Shown here: piece after piece, positions 1 to 8,713 of the stretch
Layout: each line of letters opens with the position of its first letter
Position numbering within the stretch: the first letter of the stretch is position 1
Source: a virus
Taxonomy: Duplodnaviria > Caudoviricetes
IMG/VR virus record: IMGVR_UViG_3300043178_000146
Location: 1-27,066 of that record
Reading direction: 5' to 3' (one strand)
DNA length: 27,066 nucleotides
Made by a program: the position numbers and the translations under genes
The notes under the pieces: generated by a model
Seen by the model: only the letters and a program-made list of their open reading frames with translations
Databases searched by the model: none
What the model was told of the DNA's origin: nothing

Positions 1-1
1 A

Positions 2-2986
2 TTCGGATCCAAGACTGGCCTGCCTGATACTGTGCAGTGGCCGAGTGGCGTCGAGAATATTACGGACGGGATCCATACCGGGGCCGGCACTCCGGTATCC
101 GAGACTGTGACGGTCACTTTTACGTCTCAGGCCGCGACGCACGCATCGTTCTCCAATGATAATCCGGAGCCATACGATATCTTTGCTCCGGTATCTACAT
201 TCGGCGGCATCAACATCGATGCGCTGGGTGTGTTCTCGGTTTCTCTCGGAACGGCTTTCCGGGCGTTTTTGGTGGGACAACCGATAGCGTCGGCTATTGC
301 TCCACTGCTCAGTGATCGATTGGTGCTCGTCATCGACGGCATTACCATCACGACCGATATCTCTGCATCGTTTACCGTTGCGGCTGCAGCAGCGGCCATC
401 AATGCCGCGGTCGATGCCGACGTTCAGGTTCATGCCGATGGTAGTCCGACGTTCGCGGCAACCGCGCCGAACGCGCTGGCGAGCGTGACGGTTTATGGGA
501 CCGAAGTCATTCTCGTGGTCCGTGGCCGGAATACTCCGACTGCGACAAACGGGCTGCTCGCGAGCGTCAAAGTTCAAGCACCGGTCCTTGCAGGTCAGAC
601 CGACGGTTCTTCCAAGCTCGGTCTGACTCTGAATCAGGAAGCCAATGGCCGGTTCGACGCGCTGAATAAGCCTGCTCAGATCATCAGCACCAATGCTGGT
701 CCGTATCTGATTCAAGCCGCTATCGATGATAGGCTGGACTACAACATTGACGGCCAGGATTATTCGACCACGTTCCCGGCCGGTAGCGCGATAACTACCA
801 GTACAATAGTTACCTATATCAATAATACGACATCGACGCCGGCAACACAGGCTGCGGCGTTGGCCACGTTGGTGGCGCTCACGAATGAAATCAGATCGGC
901 TCCGGCCCCGTTTTCATCGGATTATAACGCTCACATCGGAAATCCGATCTTCCATTCTGCTCCTGATGGCGTGAATGTTTCGACGATTGGGCCGCCTGTG
1001 GCCGTGACTTTGGCGGATTGTATCGCGATTTTGAACGATGTCAGGACATTGTTCAATGCTCATATCGCATCAGCGGTGTTCCATTCTGCAGCCGATACTT
1101 TCAATACGGTTGTCTCGCCGGCTGCGACTGATCTGCCATCAGCTATTGTGCTGGCGAATGAAATCAAGGCAAATTTCAACGCTCATATCGCATCAGCGGT
1201 GTTCCATCCCACAGCGGATGGCGTGAACACTGTCACATCTCCGGATGCGGCGATTGCCGGGCCAGCATCGGTCGGTCTCGGTATCAATCTTGGCAAGTTG
1301 ATTATCACATCATTCGTGAACACTGTGGTTTCCAGTATCACGATTCAACCCACGAGCACTTCACTGTCGGTACTAGGATTCACGTCCGGTCAAGTCGCAA
1401 ATCGGACCCAGCCGACCGCCGCGGATATCGCAAATGCTCTGAACGCGGATGCTACGTTCGGAGTGCGCGGCGTCGCCTACAGCATCAACGTGTCCGGTCT
1501 CGGAAATTTCTTGAGAATCGACTCTCTGACGGCCGGAGTCGGATCGATCATCAACTTCTCCACCGTTGCCGGAACCATATTCATCGCGGATACGAACATC
1601 GGCATCGCTCCCGGTGATGGTGAAATTGGAGAGGCCGCTCAATCCGGGTACACCGTTACATCTAGCGCCGGTGCGCTCGGATCCAGTGGCATCGGGTTTC
1701 CAGGTCAGACCTATACTGATGCCAAGACTGGATTGAGATTCACGGTCCTTGAGGCATCGGCCGGTGATTATACGGTTGGCGGAAGTTTCACATTGTTAAT
1801 CAATTCTGTATTCACTTGTGACGCGTCGATTCCGCATAAAGCGATTCCGGGTTTGAACACGACGGTATTTAATACGGTCAATACCGCAGTAGATACGACT
1901 GCATTGCTCCAGACGTTCCCGCGTACTGGCAATGAGCCAGCCATTGGTGATGTCTATTATGTATCTTATCAGTTCCAGAAGTCTGATTTGTCCACGCAAT
2001 TATTCCGTGATTTCAAGCAGATCCAGGCGAATTTTGGGGAACCGACGCCATCCAATCCGCTATCACTCGGAGCACGTCTCGCAATATTGAATGGAACGGT
2101 TATCCTGGCCCTCAAGCAGGTGTTGCGAGCTCCTAATTCTTCACAGGCATCTGTAACTGATTTCATCGCAGCAATCAATGAGCAGCGCAAGACTCTGCCC
2201 GGCAATATAAAGCCAGATGTGATCATTCCGCTCGGGACCGATCCGCAAATATTTTCAGCAGTACTGCAGCATTGCTCATTCATGAGCTCCCCACGCCAGG
2301 AAGGTGAACGTATCGGCGTGGTTGGCGTGGCCGCCGGAACAACTCCAATTGGAGTGACGGCAATCGCCAAGAGCATCAATTCCGAGCGCATGATAGTGGT
2401 TTATCCGGATCTGTATGTGGTCGGGGTATCTGATTTACAGGGTAATGAAATCGACCAGGTGATTGATGGATCGTTTGCGGCGGCGGCGGTTGGCGGATCA
2501 ACCTGCTCGCCGTCTATAGATGTTGCAACCCCGCTGACCCGCCGGCAGATTTTCGGATTCAAGCGGGTCGGTCGCATTCTGGACCCAACCGAGGCCAATT
2601 CTGTCGCGATTGCAGGCGTCTCGATTTTGGAACCATTTGACCCGATATTGCGTATACGTCATGGTTTGACCACTCGGGTTGATAATGTCATTACACGTAC
2701 TCCGAGCGTGACTTTAACCACAGACTTTGTCCAGCAATCGGCCAGGGCGGTTCTTGATCCGTTCATCGGCGTCAAGTTCACCGGAACGGTTCCGAAGGCG
2801 GTCGAAAATGCCATGCTGGGCATGTTGTCCAGGATGGTAGATCGCGAAATCATTTCGCAAATCGGGGCCATCTCTGCCACCGTGGACCCGGACGACCCGA
2901 CAGTGTTACGGGTTGAGGCTGTATATGTACCAATCTTTCCGTTGGAATTTGTTGTTGTGACATTTCAAATACGTATACGTCTTTAG
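2..2986 (+). CDS. Contractile tail sheath protein, very large, 5' end outside the window
   Basis: Frame is open from position 2 (FGSKTGLPDTVQWP...). C-terminal half has sheath-type motifs: ERIGVVG, RMIVVYP, DGSFAAAAVGG, ATPLTRRQI, GVSILE, IRHGLTT, and terminal DPDDPTVLRVEAVYVPIFPLEFVVVTF. Confidence 0.88.
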   Translation, partial: FGSKTGLPDTVQWPSGVENITDGIHTGAGTPVSETVTVTFTSQAATHASFSNDNPEPYDIFAPVSTFGGINIDALGVFSVSLGTAFRAFLVGQPIASAIAPLLSDRLVLVIDGITITTDISASFTVAAAAAAINAAVDADVQVHADGSPTFAATAPNALASVTVYGTEVILVVRGRNTPTATNGLLASVKVQAPVLAGQTDGSSKLGLTLNQEANGRFDALNKPAQIISTNAGPYLIQAAIDDRLDYNIDGQDYSTTFPAGSAITTSTIVTYINNTTSTPATQAAALATLVALTNEIRSAPAPFSSDYNAHIGNPIFHSAPDGVNVSTIGPPVAVTLADCIAILNDVRTLFNAHIASAVFHSAADTFNTVVSPAATDLPSAIVLANEIKANFNAHIASAVFHPTADGVNTVTSPDAAIAGPASVGLGINLGKLIITSFVNTVVSSITIQPTSTSLSVLGFTSGQVANRTQPTAADIANALNADATFGVRGVAYSINVSGLGNFLRIDSLTAGVGSIINFSTVAGTIFIADTNIGIAPGDGEIGEAAQSGYTVTSSAGALGSSGIGFPGQTYTDAKTGLRFTVLEASAGDYTVGGSFTLLINSVFTCDASIPHKAIPGLNTTVFNTVNTAVDTTALLQTFPRTGNEPAIGDVYYVSYQFQKSDLSTQLFRDFKQIQANFGEPTPSNPLSLGARLAILNGTVILALKQVLRAPNSSQASVTDFIAAINEQRKTLPGNIKPDVIIPLGTDPQIFSAVLQHCSFMSSPRQEGERIGVVGVAAGTTPIGVTAIAKSINSERMIVVYPDLYVVGVSDLQGNEIDQVIDGSFAAAAVGGSTCSPSIDVATPLTRRQIFGFKRVGRILDPTEANSVAIAGVSILEPFDPILRIRHGLTTRVDNVITRTPSVTLTTDFVQQSARAVLDPFIGVKFTGTVPKAVENAMLGMLSRMVDREIISQIGAISATVDPDDPTVLRVEAVYVPIFPLEFVVVTFQIRIRL
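857..1243 (+). repeat. Three ~41-aa His-containing repeats within the sheath (LxNE/D...NAHI...FH..(A/P)D..N)
   Basis: Exact 27-nt copy gctcatatcgcatcagcggtgttccat at 1058..1084 and 1181..1207 (123-nt period), plus a diverged first unit YNAHIGNPIFHSAPDGVN. Confidence 0.9.
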
Positions 2987-2992
2987 TCCTTT

Positions 2993-3916
2993 ATGGAACA
3001 GCCAATTTGGAATGCCTTGGATTGTCATACTCACATTGAATCAGGTCGCAAATACGTTGGATTAACGTCTCGAACGATGGAGCGTCGCTGGTCTCAGCAT
3101 ATAATTCAAGCCAATTTTCTAAGGGTGGCCGATAGCATTTTTCCAATGCTATTCGAAAATATGGAAAAGAAGCTTTTCCTATGAAGTGTTAGAAGTTTGT
3201 AACGATTTGGAATCAGCAAATTTGGCCGAAGAAAAATGGGTTGTTCATAGAATAACGCGGAATTTAGAGCTAAACATATGCCGGATTTTATAGCCGCTGG
3301 CTAATCTCCCGCAGCACGCGCCGCCAGTAAAGCCTCGTTGAATACTCCAGAATCTAAAGCCAAAAGATCCGCTGCAGCCAAAATTTCTTTAGCTAGACCT
3401 GAAGTGATCGAAAAGCGTGCTTCTATACGAGCCGATCCGGCTTATGGAACAAAAATTTCGGAATCATTAAAAATACTCTCAGCATTCCAGAAATTGGATC
3501 AAACATGCAGGCCGTTACAACCAGGTATCAGAGAAAAGAAATTGGCTGCGCTTCGTGCTGCGATGGCAAGGCCTGAAACTCGAGCTAAATTGGTTGCGGC
3601 TTCCAAAGCTTCATGGGCAGATCCTACAATTCGAGCCAATAGAGAAGCTGCGTTTTTAAGAACTGCATCGAGACCGGATAAAAAAGGAAAAACTTTCTGC
3701 GGCTTTTCTTGGCCGGCGTCATTCCGAGGCAACTAGAAATAAAATGCGCCAACTTGGTCTTGAGAGAAATTCCATATGTAAATTTTGCGATCATTTTATC
3801 GGTTCAGAAAACACACCTGTATCAATGGACGGGTTTCTTGTTTCAAATGCAGAGAATTATATGATCGCAAGTTAATTTCTTTTCTGAAACCCGATGGTTC
3901 ATTCTTCAATTATTAA
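2993..3916 (+). pseudogene. Decayed GIY-YIG homing endonuclease with NUMOD3-like segment and C-terminal Zn finger
   Basis: Pieces in shifting frames: CHTHIESGRKYVGLTSRTMERRWSQH / SKGGR*HFSNAIRKYGKEAF (TAG at 3133..3135) / YEVLEVCNDLESANLAEEKW / basic helical segment NTPESKAKRS / GRRHSEATRNKM..CKFC / GRVSCFKCRELYDRKLISFLKPDGSFFNY*. Confidence 0.82.
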
Positions 3917-3929
3917 TGTAAGATGCAGT

Positions 3930-5618
3930 ATGTTTATTGAGAAAGACACCATCGCCAAATTTGGCTATTCACCTTCTTCTGTCAGTCAGGGTTCTGATAA
4001 GAAAATCGTATTTAAATGTGAATTTTGTCTGAATGAATTTGTATCTTCGTTTAAAGTTGTTAATAAAAATAAGAATCACGTTGTCTGCAAAAATTGCCGA
4101 TCATTGGCAGCTGGCTACACTCAAACACGTCTTACAACCAATAAACATGAATATTATTTGAAAAAACGTCCTGCAATAAACACAGATATTGTAGACATTG
4201 AAGCAACGATATCTAAATACAAATATTCACCATTAGAATTAGGTGCAGGATCCAAAAAATACGTTGTGGCAAAATGTGAATTTTGTTTGAACAAATTTGA
4301 GACAATGTTAAACGTTATAAATAATCGATCTAATTTCGTTGCTTGTAAAAAATGCGACGCCGTAGCTTCAGTTTACTCAAGATTTAAAAGTACAGAAGAC
4401 AAGCATCAATTTTATCTACAGAGACGTCCTGCGTTGGATTTTAAAAATATTGATATTGAAGCGACTCGGAATAAATTCGGATATTCTCCTGAGGATCTGA
4501 GCATTTATTCAAGCAAAAAAATAATTGCAAAATGTGGTTACTGTTTTGTTCATTTAGAAATTCCGATGTCCAAATTTTCGGTCCGTAAAGGTCGAATTTC
4601 TTGTTGGTCTTGTATGCGCAAGAAAACTGTTGAAACTCTCAAAGAGAAATATGGCGTCGAATGCACATTAGATATTCCTGAAGTCAGGCAGAAATTAGCA
4701 AATCCGAAAACTGAACAAATTGTTGAATCAATATTGGTTAACCGCTATAAGTTAGATTTTGTCAGAAATCACTCGATAGGCCCATTTTCTTTTGACTTTT
4801 GGATTCCCAGTCTCAATTTGATTATCGAATGTCATGGTGATTTTTTCCGTAAATTCAAAGAGAATGGCTATGCGGGAACTCCGACAGATAGATCTAAGTC
4901 CACTTACATTGAGAAATATACGAACCATAAATTAATTTGGATTTATGAACATGAAATTCACATCGGAAGATTGAATAAGATTCTTGATCACCATATTTAT
5001 AAAGTTTTAGAACCAGAAATTTCAGTTGATTTGAAGAAGTTAGAATTCAAAATGATATCCAACAAAGATGCTCATGTTTTTCTTTCTCAATATCATTATT
5101 TAGGTAATCTTGGAACGGTTGCTTCATCTTTTGGAGCATATCAAAATGATGTTTTATTGGTTGTTTGCGTTTTTGGCGGTGTTACACGCATGCAATCAAT
5201 CAAGAAAATTAACAAATTTTGTGGAAATTCGTCATATGGTCCAAAAGAAATAAAAGAACTTCGAAGATTTTGCATCCGTCCTAACGTGATCACTAAAAAT
5301 CTTGCCAGTTTCAGTCTCAAAAAATTTATCGATTTATATAAAGAACATGATTCAGGTGTTAAAATATTGATCAGTTTTTCTGACCAAACTGTAGACGACC
5401 ACGGAACCATTTACAAAGCGTCAAATTGGAAACAAATGTCAGATACCCATAAATCATATCATTATTTGGATTCAAAAACAAATAAATGGATTCATAAGAA
5501 AACAATTTGGGATATGGCAAAAGGAAGTCATATGTCAGAGAATGACTTCGTTTCTAAAACCGGTTTGATTCGAGTCGATGAAATGCCGAAACAGGTATGG
5601 ATCAAAAATTTATATTAG
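3930..5618 (+). CDS. Zn-ribbon repeats + Vsr/DUF559-like PD-(D/E)XK domain + Mom-like GNAT-fold domain (Hef-like homing endonuclease architecture)
   Basis: Three ~80-aa repeats (YSP...S.KK...KC..C...C..C); FDFWIPSLNLIIECHGDF nuclease motif; C-terminal YHYLG, ELRRF, KNLAS, ISFSD, HGTIYKASNW. Start placed at ATG 3930 (track gives 3894, which overlaps the pseudogene). Confidence 0.75.
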   Translation: MFIEKDTIAKFGYSPSSVSQGSDKKIVFKCEFCLNEFVSSFKVVNKNKNHVVCKNCRSLAAGYTQTRLTTNKHEYYLKKRPAINTDIVDIEATISKYKYSPLELGAGSKKYVVAKCEFCLNKFETMLNVINNRSNFVACKKCDAVASVYSRFKSTEDKHQFYLQRRPALDFKNIDIEATRNKFGYSPEDLSIYSSKKIIAKCGYCFVHLEIPMSKFSVRKGRISCWSCMRKKTVETLKEKYGVECTLDIPEVRQKLANPKTEQIVESILVNRYKLDFVRNHSIGPFSFDFWIPSLNLIIECHGDFFRKFKENGYAGTPTDRSKSTYIEKYTNHKLIWIYEHEIHIGRLNKILDHHIYKVLEPEISVDLKKLEFKMISNKDAHVFLSQYHYLGNLGTVASSFGAYQNDVLLVVCVFGGVTRMQSIKKINKFCGNSSYGPKEIKELRRFCIRPNVITKNLASFSLKKFIDLYKEHDSGVKILISFSDQTVDDHGTIYKASNWKQMSDTHKSYHYLDSKTNKWIHKKTIWDMAKGSHMSENDFVSKTGLIRVDEMPKQVWIKNLY

Positions 5619-5706
5619 TTTTCCATAGATCTGATGGTTATTTGTAATACCAGTTTGGTGGCGAATTGCAAATTTCCTGAGAACTGGAAGACATTTTAGA
5701 ATTAAA

Positions 5707-6005
5707 ATGAATAAATCAGACGCCCTCGAACGGGCTGTTTCGAAACTACCACCACAAAATACGGTTTTGCATTTTGCCTGGATGCCAGATGTCGGATCTG
5801 ATTTGGAGGAGCAAATGGAAGATTTACAGAATCTCAATAAGATAATCAAAATAATCGATGGCAAGGCATGTTTTACCATCATTTGTTACAATAAAAGGTT
5901 GTTCGTGCATCCCATATAGCTAATTGGACCGTGGAAAGGACTGAAGCATTTGTTTTAGCTTATTGTCGAGGAAGAGGAGCCACAGTAGAATTTTTAAAAT
6001 CATGA
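5707..6005 (+). pseudogene. Small hypothetical gene interrupted by a 1-nt frameshift near 5895 (or sequence error)
   Basis: ORF 5707..5919 reads ...GKACFTIICYNK; the -1 frame continues KVVRASHIANWTVERTEAFVLAYCRGRGATVEFLKS* to 6005, meeting the convergent gene's stop. Confidence 0.5.
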
Positions 6006-7265
6006 TTCCATCTTACGACGTTGTATCATTCTTTGACGCGCTATCAATTTGACATCCGGATCTTCGTCATTCAACATTTGCGGTAAATATTTTTCATCAA
6101 TCCTTTTGGCAACAATAGTTCTCACTTCAGGATTATTATCCAACATCATGCCTGGCAATTCATCCGGATCTATTCTTTTGGCAACATTTAGTCGAACTTC
6201 ATGATTTTCATCTTCAATCATATCCAATAAATAACTATCATCAACCTTTTTGGAAATAACTTTTCTTACTTTGGCGCTCGGGTCTTTTATCATTTGTGGC
6301 AAATATGCTTCATCAATTCTTTCTACAACAATGACTCTAACGTCTTCATTTTCATCATGCATCATTTGTGGCAAATATGCTTCATCAATATCTTCAGCAA
6401 CTATTTTTCTAATTATTGGGCTTTCATCATGCATCATTTCAGATAATAGATTTTCGATATTCTTGTGTTGAACAGGCAAGTTTGTCAATAATCGTGCGAC
6501 TTCGGCTCTTATATCTGGATCTGAATGTTTTATGTATTTCTGAGGATTAGATTCTACATCCGCATATATAGTCATTGGCTGAGTTTTAGCATCCGCCGTG
6601 CTTGTTTCAACAGCTTTATAAATCCACCATGCAGTTGATTTTACTTCTTTATCGAGCGCGTCATAGAGATCAACACTTAATATTTTATTATCTTCATCTC
6701 GCCGTATTGCAATAGCAATTTTGCTCATCGGATTTGATGGCTCCAATTTCTTGTTGATCACGAAATAAAATAAAGTATTTGATCTTGAATATTCTTCATA
6801 ATAATCTTGCATTTCCATAGTGATGCACCATTTAGTGCCTTTTCCGTATTCGATACAGGCTCGTTTCGAATCGATTCTTATTAGAACTGATTCGTCATCT
6901 TCATAAATTTTGGTTGATCCTGATGCTTTAGTTCTTTGAATCTCTTCTCTCTTGGTTGGAGTCAAAGATTTGATTTCATCTTCTAATTCTTTCAAATCTT
7001 CATACTGATAAATGTCTTTAAATTTTAACCTTCCTCGATTTTTGTGGAATGCGTTAATGGTCGGGGTAATATCTTCGATTTGGTGCCCTTTGACAAGTTG
7101 TCGAGCTCCCCATTCGAGATATTTACCCTTCTTTGATGGGTCCGACCAGTTGAGTTTTTCCAATTCCTTTTCGAATTCAGGATATCTCAATTTCAACTCA
7201 TCAATTTTAGCCGAATATATAAATTTGTTGTTTATTCTTGATGCTATTAACCTCACGAGCATCAT
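6000..7265 (-). CDS. Protein with N-terminal phage domain (DPS..KYLEW...YGKGTKWCI) and C-terminal 24-aa HEAT/LRV-like repeats
   Basis: About 7 repeats of M..D....VR..VA..ID..YL.. at the C-terminus; 421-aa ORF. Confidence 0.8.
   Translation of the reverse strand: MMLVRLIASRINNKFIYSAKIDELKLRYPEFEKELEKLNWSDPSKKGKYLEWGARQLVKGHQIEDITPTINAFHKNRGRLKFKDIYQYEDLKELEDEIKSLTPTKREEIQRTKASGSTKIYEDDESVLIRIDSKRACIEYGKGTKWCITMEMQDYYEEYSRSNTLFYFVINKKLEPSNPMSKIAIAIRRDEDNKILSVDLYDALDKEVKSTAWWIYKAVETSTADAKTQPMTIYADVESNPQKYIKHSDPDIRAEVARLLTNLPVQHKNIENLLSEMMHDESPIIRKIVAEDIDEAYLPQMMHDENEDVRVIVVERIDEAYLPQMIKDPSAKVRKVISKKVDDSYLLDMIEDENHEVRLNVAKRIDPDELPGMMLDNNPEVRTIVAKRIDEKYLPQMLNDEDPDVKLIARQRMIQRRKMES
6289..6389. repeat. 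29-nt direct repeat with 72-nt period in the HEAT/LRV repeat region
   Basis: atcatttgtggcaaatatgcttcatcaat at 6289..6317 and 6361..6389 (IDEAYLPQM). Confidence 0.9.
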
Positions 7266-7293
7266 TCAACAGATGTTATTGATTATAATTTTA
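7201..7293 (-). repeat. Copy 1 of 93-nt promoter + N-terminal leader cassette
   Basis: Ungapped alignment to 8649..8741, about 69/93 identical by manual count; encodes MMLVRLIASRINNKFIYSAKID; minus-strand TATAAT at 7282..7287. Confidence 0.85.
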
Positions 7294-7312
7294 AATTCGA
7301 ACTTGATAATTT

Positions 7313-7321
7313 TGATATAAT
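7313..7321 (+). promoter_or_regulatory. Perfect extended -10 element (TG-a-TATAAT) facing the 7355 micro-ORF and hairpin
   Basis: tgatataat in intergenic DNA, divergent from the 7265 gene; region is AT-rich so chance is possible. Confidence 0.5.
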
Positions 7322-7354
7322 TTGAGATCGCCGGTGTATTTTGTAATATGATAT

Positions 7355-7453
7355 ATGGGACACGCTGATTTCACAAATATAAGTAAACGAGTCAATAGTC
7401 TTTTCCATAAGAATCAGGTTATTGCTAAGATTGATCGAGCCATTGAAGCTTAA
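7355..7453 (+). CDS. Putative 32-aa micro-ORF MGHADFTNISKRVNSLFHKNQVIAKIDRAIEA resembling the shared leader
   Basis: Below ORF-track cutoff; ISKRVN...AKID resembles IASRIN...AKID; upstream extended -10; no clear SD. Confidence 0.35.
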   Translation: MGHADFTNISKRVNSLFHKNQVIAKIDRAIEA

Positions 7454-7460
7454 TCGATGG

Positions 7461-7518
7461 GTCGTCGTGTCCGCAGGGGCCACACACGGTCAGACCGATC
7501 CTGTTCGCGCACGGCGAC
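7461..7518 (+). other. GC-rich stem-loop in AT-rich intergenic DNA (possible structured RNA)
   Basis: gtcgtcgtgt (7461..7470) pairs with gcacggcgac (7509..7518), and gcaggg (7473..7478) with tcctgt (7499..7504), using G-U pairs that work only on the + strand. Confidence 0.45.
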
Positions 7519-7579
7519 GGGTCAGGGGAGATCACTGAATATAGTTAATTTTCATGGTTACGTTCAACAAATTGTTGAA

Positions 7580-7747
7580 TTAAGAAGATTTTGTAGTTTT
7601 ATACGCAGATCTTTTTCTCAATTGCGCCAACAACTGTTCGCGTTCTTCAGGTGAAATTTTCTTTTCGAGTGATGGAGGATGATTTGACCAAGATTTGTCA
7701 ATGTCTATGTCCAATTTAGTGTCTGGCGTTTTAGATTTAATTTCCAT
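7580..7747 (-). CDS. Hypothetical 55-aa protein (MEIKSKTPDTKLDIDIDKSWSNHPPSLEKKISPEEREQLLAQLRKRSAYKTTKSS)
   Basis: ATG begins 3 nt after the kinase stop; not in the track; followed by palindrome ttcaacaa-a-ttgttgaa at 7563..7579. Confidence 0.55.
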   Translation of the reverse strand: MEIKSKTPDTKLDIDIDKSWSNHPPSLEKKISPEEREQLLAQLRKRSAYKTTKSS

Positions 7748-7750
7748 GAT

Positions 7751-8713
7751 TCAATCCGGTAATATTATTGATTCCCAGTCTATCAAGCGCAATCTTCCTT
7801 CGGAATCCAACACCACGTTGCCTACGTGCAAATCCCTGTGTTCTATTCCTTCATCTTTCATGCGTTGGTATAAGTCGTTAACTTTTTCGAATAATGGTTT
7901 CGTGCCGATGTTTATATAAAAATTTATTGCTTTTGGTGTAAAACTTGACTGATGTTTGTTAGTCATTTTTTCTATTATGGTTTTTATGTCATCACCTGAT
8001 TTCGCAAATCTTATGATGTCGATTATGTATTCTACGTTATGAAAATGTTTCAATATTTCGTGTAATTCAGATTGTATATCCGTCAATGGTTCAAATTTTT
8101 GCATTTCGATGACACATAATTTTACTGGAGCATATTCTTCGGAGCTTATTTTTCCTGTGGTTTCTAGATATTCGATGTTATATACTTCCGGAATGACTTC
8201 CGAATCTCTTCCAACACTCTTATACGCCTGTTGACAAGCTCGCTCTCCATGAGCCCAATTAGCGGCATTAATAAACGCTACGATATTTCCTCGTTTGTTT
8301 TCGAATACGGCCGATCGGTTGCCGGATTTGAAAGGCTCTTCAGCTTCATCGATATCGAATTGTTTCTTGATTTCAGGAGTAATTAGAGATGTTATAAATG
8401 GATGCGCAGCAACAGATTTTTCGGTAGCTTTTTTAATCGGTTTTGGACGATATGCCAAATGGTGCCAAATTTCTTGTCCATCACTGAGTTTTATCCAAAC
8501 GCCATTATTGTTATCTTCTTGTTGTCGCCAAGAGACAACCGTGGGTTTTCCGGGTATATGGTAAACCGGTTCACCAATCAGTGAGTTAGCCATTTCAATT
8601 TGATAACCATTCAGTTGTTTGATACCAGCTATTTTATAGATAATTTTATCAATTTTGGCCGATAATACATATTTGTTGCTAATTCTTGATGCCACGAATT
8701 TAAGCATCATCAT
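7751..8713 (-). CDS. Protein kinase-like superfamily enzyme (Ser/Thr kinase, RIO or APH-like)
   Basis: Catalytic loop HRDLHVGNV, Mg-binding LIDWE, degenerate Gly-loop FKSGNRSAVFE, hinge CVIEMQKF, IPEVY strand. Confidence 0.8.
   Translation of the reverse strand: MMMLKFVASRISNKYVLSAKIDKIIYKIAGIKQLNGYQIEMANSLIGEPVYHIPGKPTVVSWRQQEDNNNGVWIKLSDGQEIWHHLAYRPKPIKKATEKSVAAHPFITSLITPEIKKQFDIDEAEEPFKSGNRSAVFENKRGNIVAFINAANWAHGERACQQAYKSVGRDSEVIPEVYNIEYLETTGKISSEEYAPVKLCVIEMQKFEPLTDIQSELHEILKHFHNVEYIIDIIRFAKSGDDIKTIIEKMTNKHQSSFTPKAINFYINIGTKPLFEKVNDLYQRMKDEGIEHRDLHVGNVVLDSEGRLRLIDWESIILPD

Noticed and set aside
127-2880. Short antisense and alternate-frame ORFs over the sheath (likewise over the ATPase, TMP and hub genes)
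   Set aside because: Shadow ORFs of long, motif-supported genes with no independent evidence
3133-3135. In-frame TAG as a sign of stop-codon recoding
   Set aside because: It lies in a gene with several frameshifts; TAG, TGA and TAA all end intact genes here and coding density is high under the standard code
5610-5882. 90-aa minus-strand ORF
   Set aside because: Overlaps the better-supported + strand frameshifted gene and has no recognisable features
7455-7535. tRNA or intrinsic terminator
   Set aside because: No cloverleaf, T-loop consensus in the right position or CCA end, and no U-tract after the stem
7283-7654. Track ORFs 7283..7483 (-) and 7457..7654 (+)
   Set aside because: Atypical composition and no SD; the region is better explained by the 55-aa ORF, micro-ORF and hairpin
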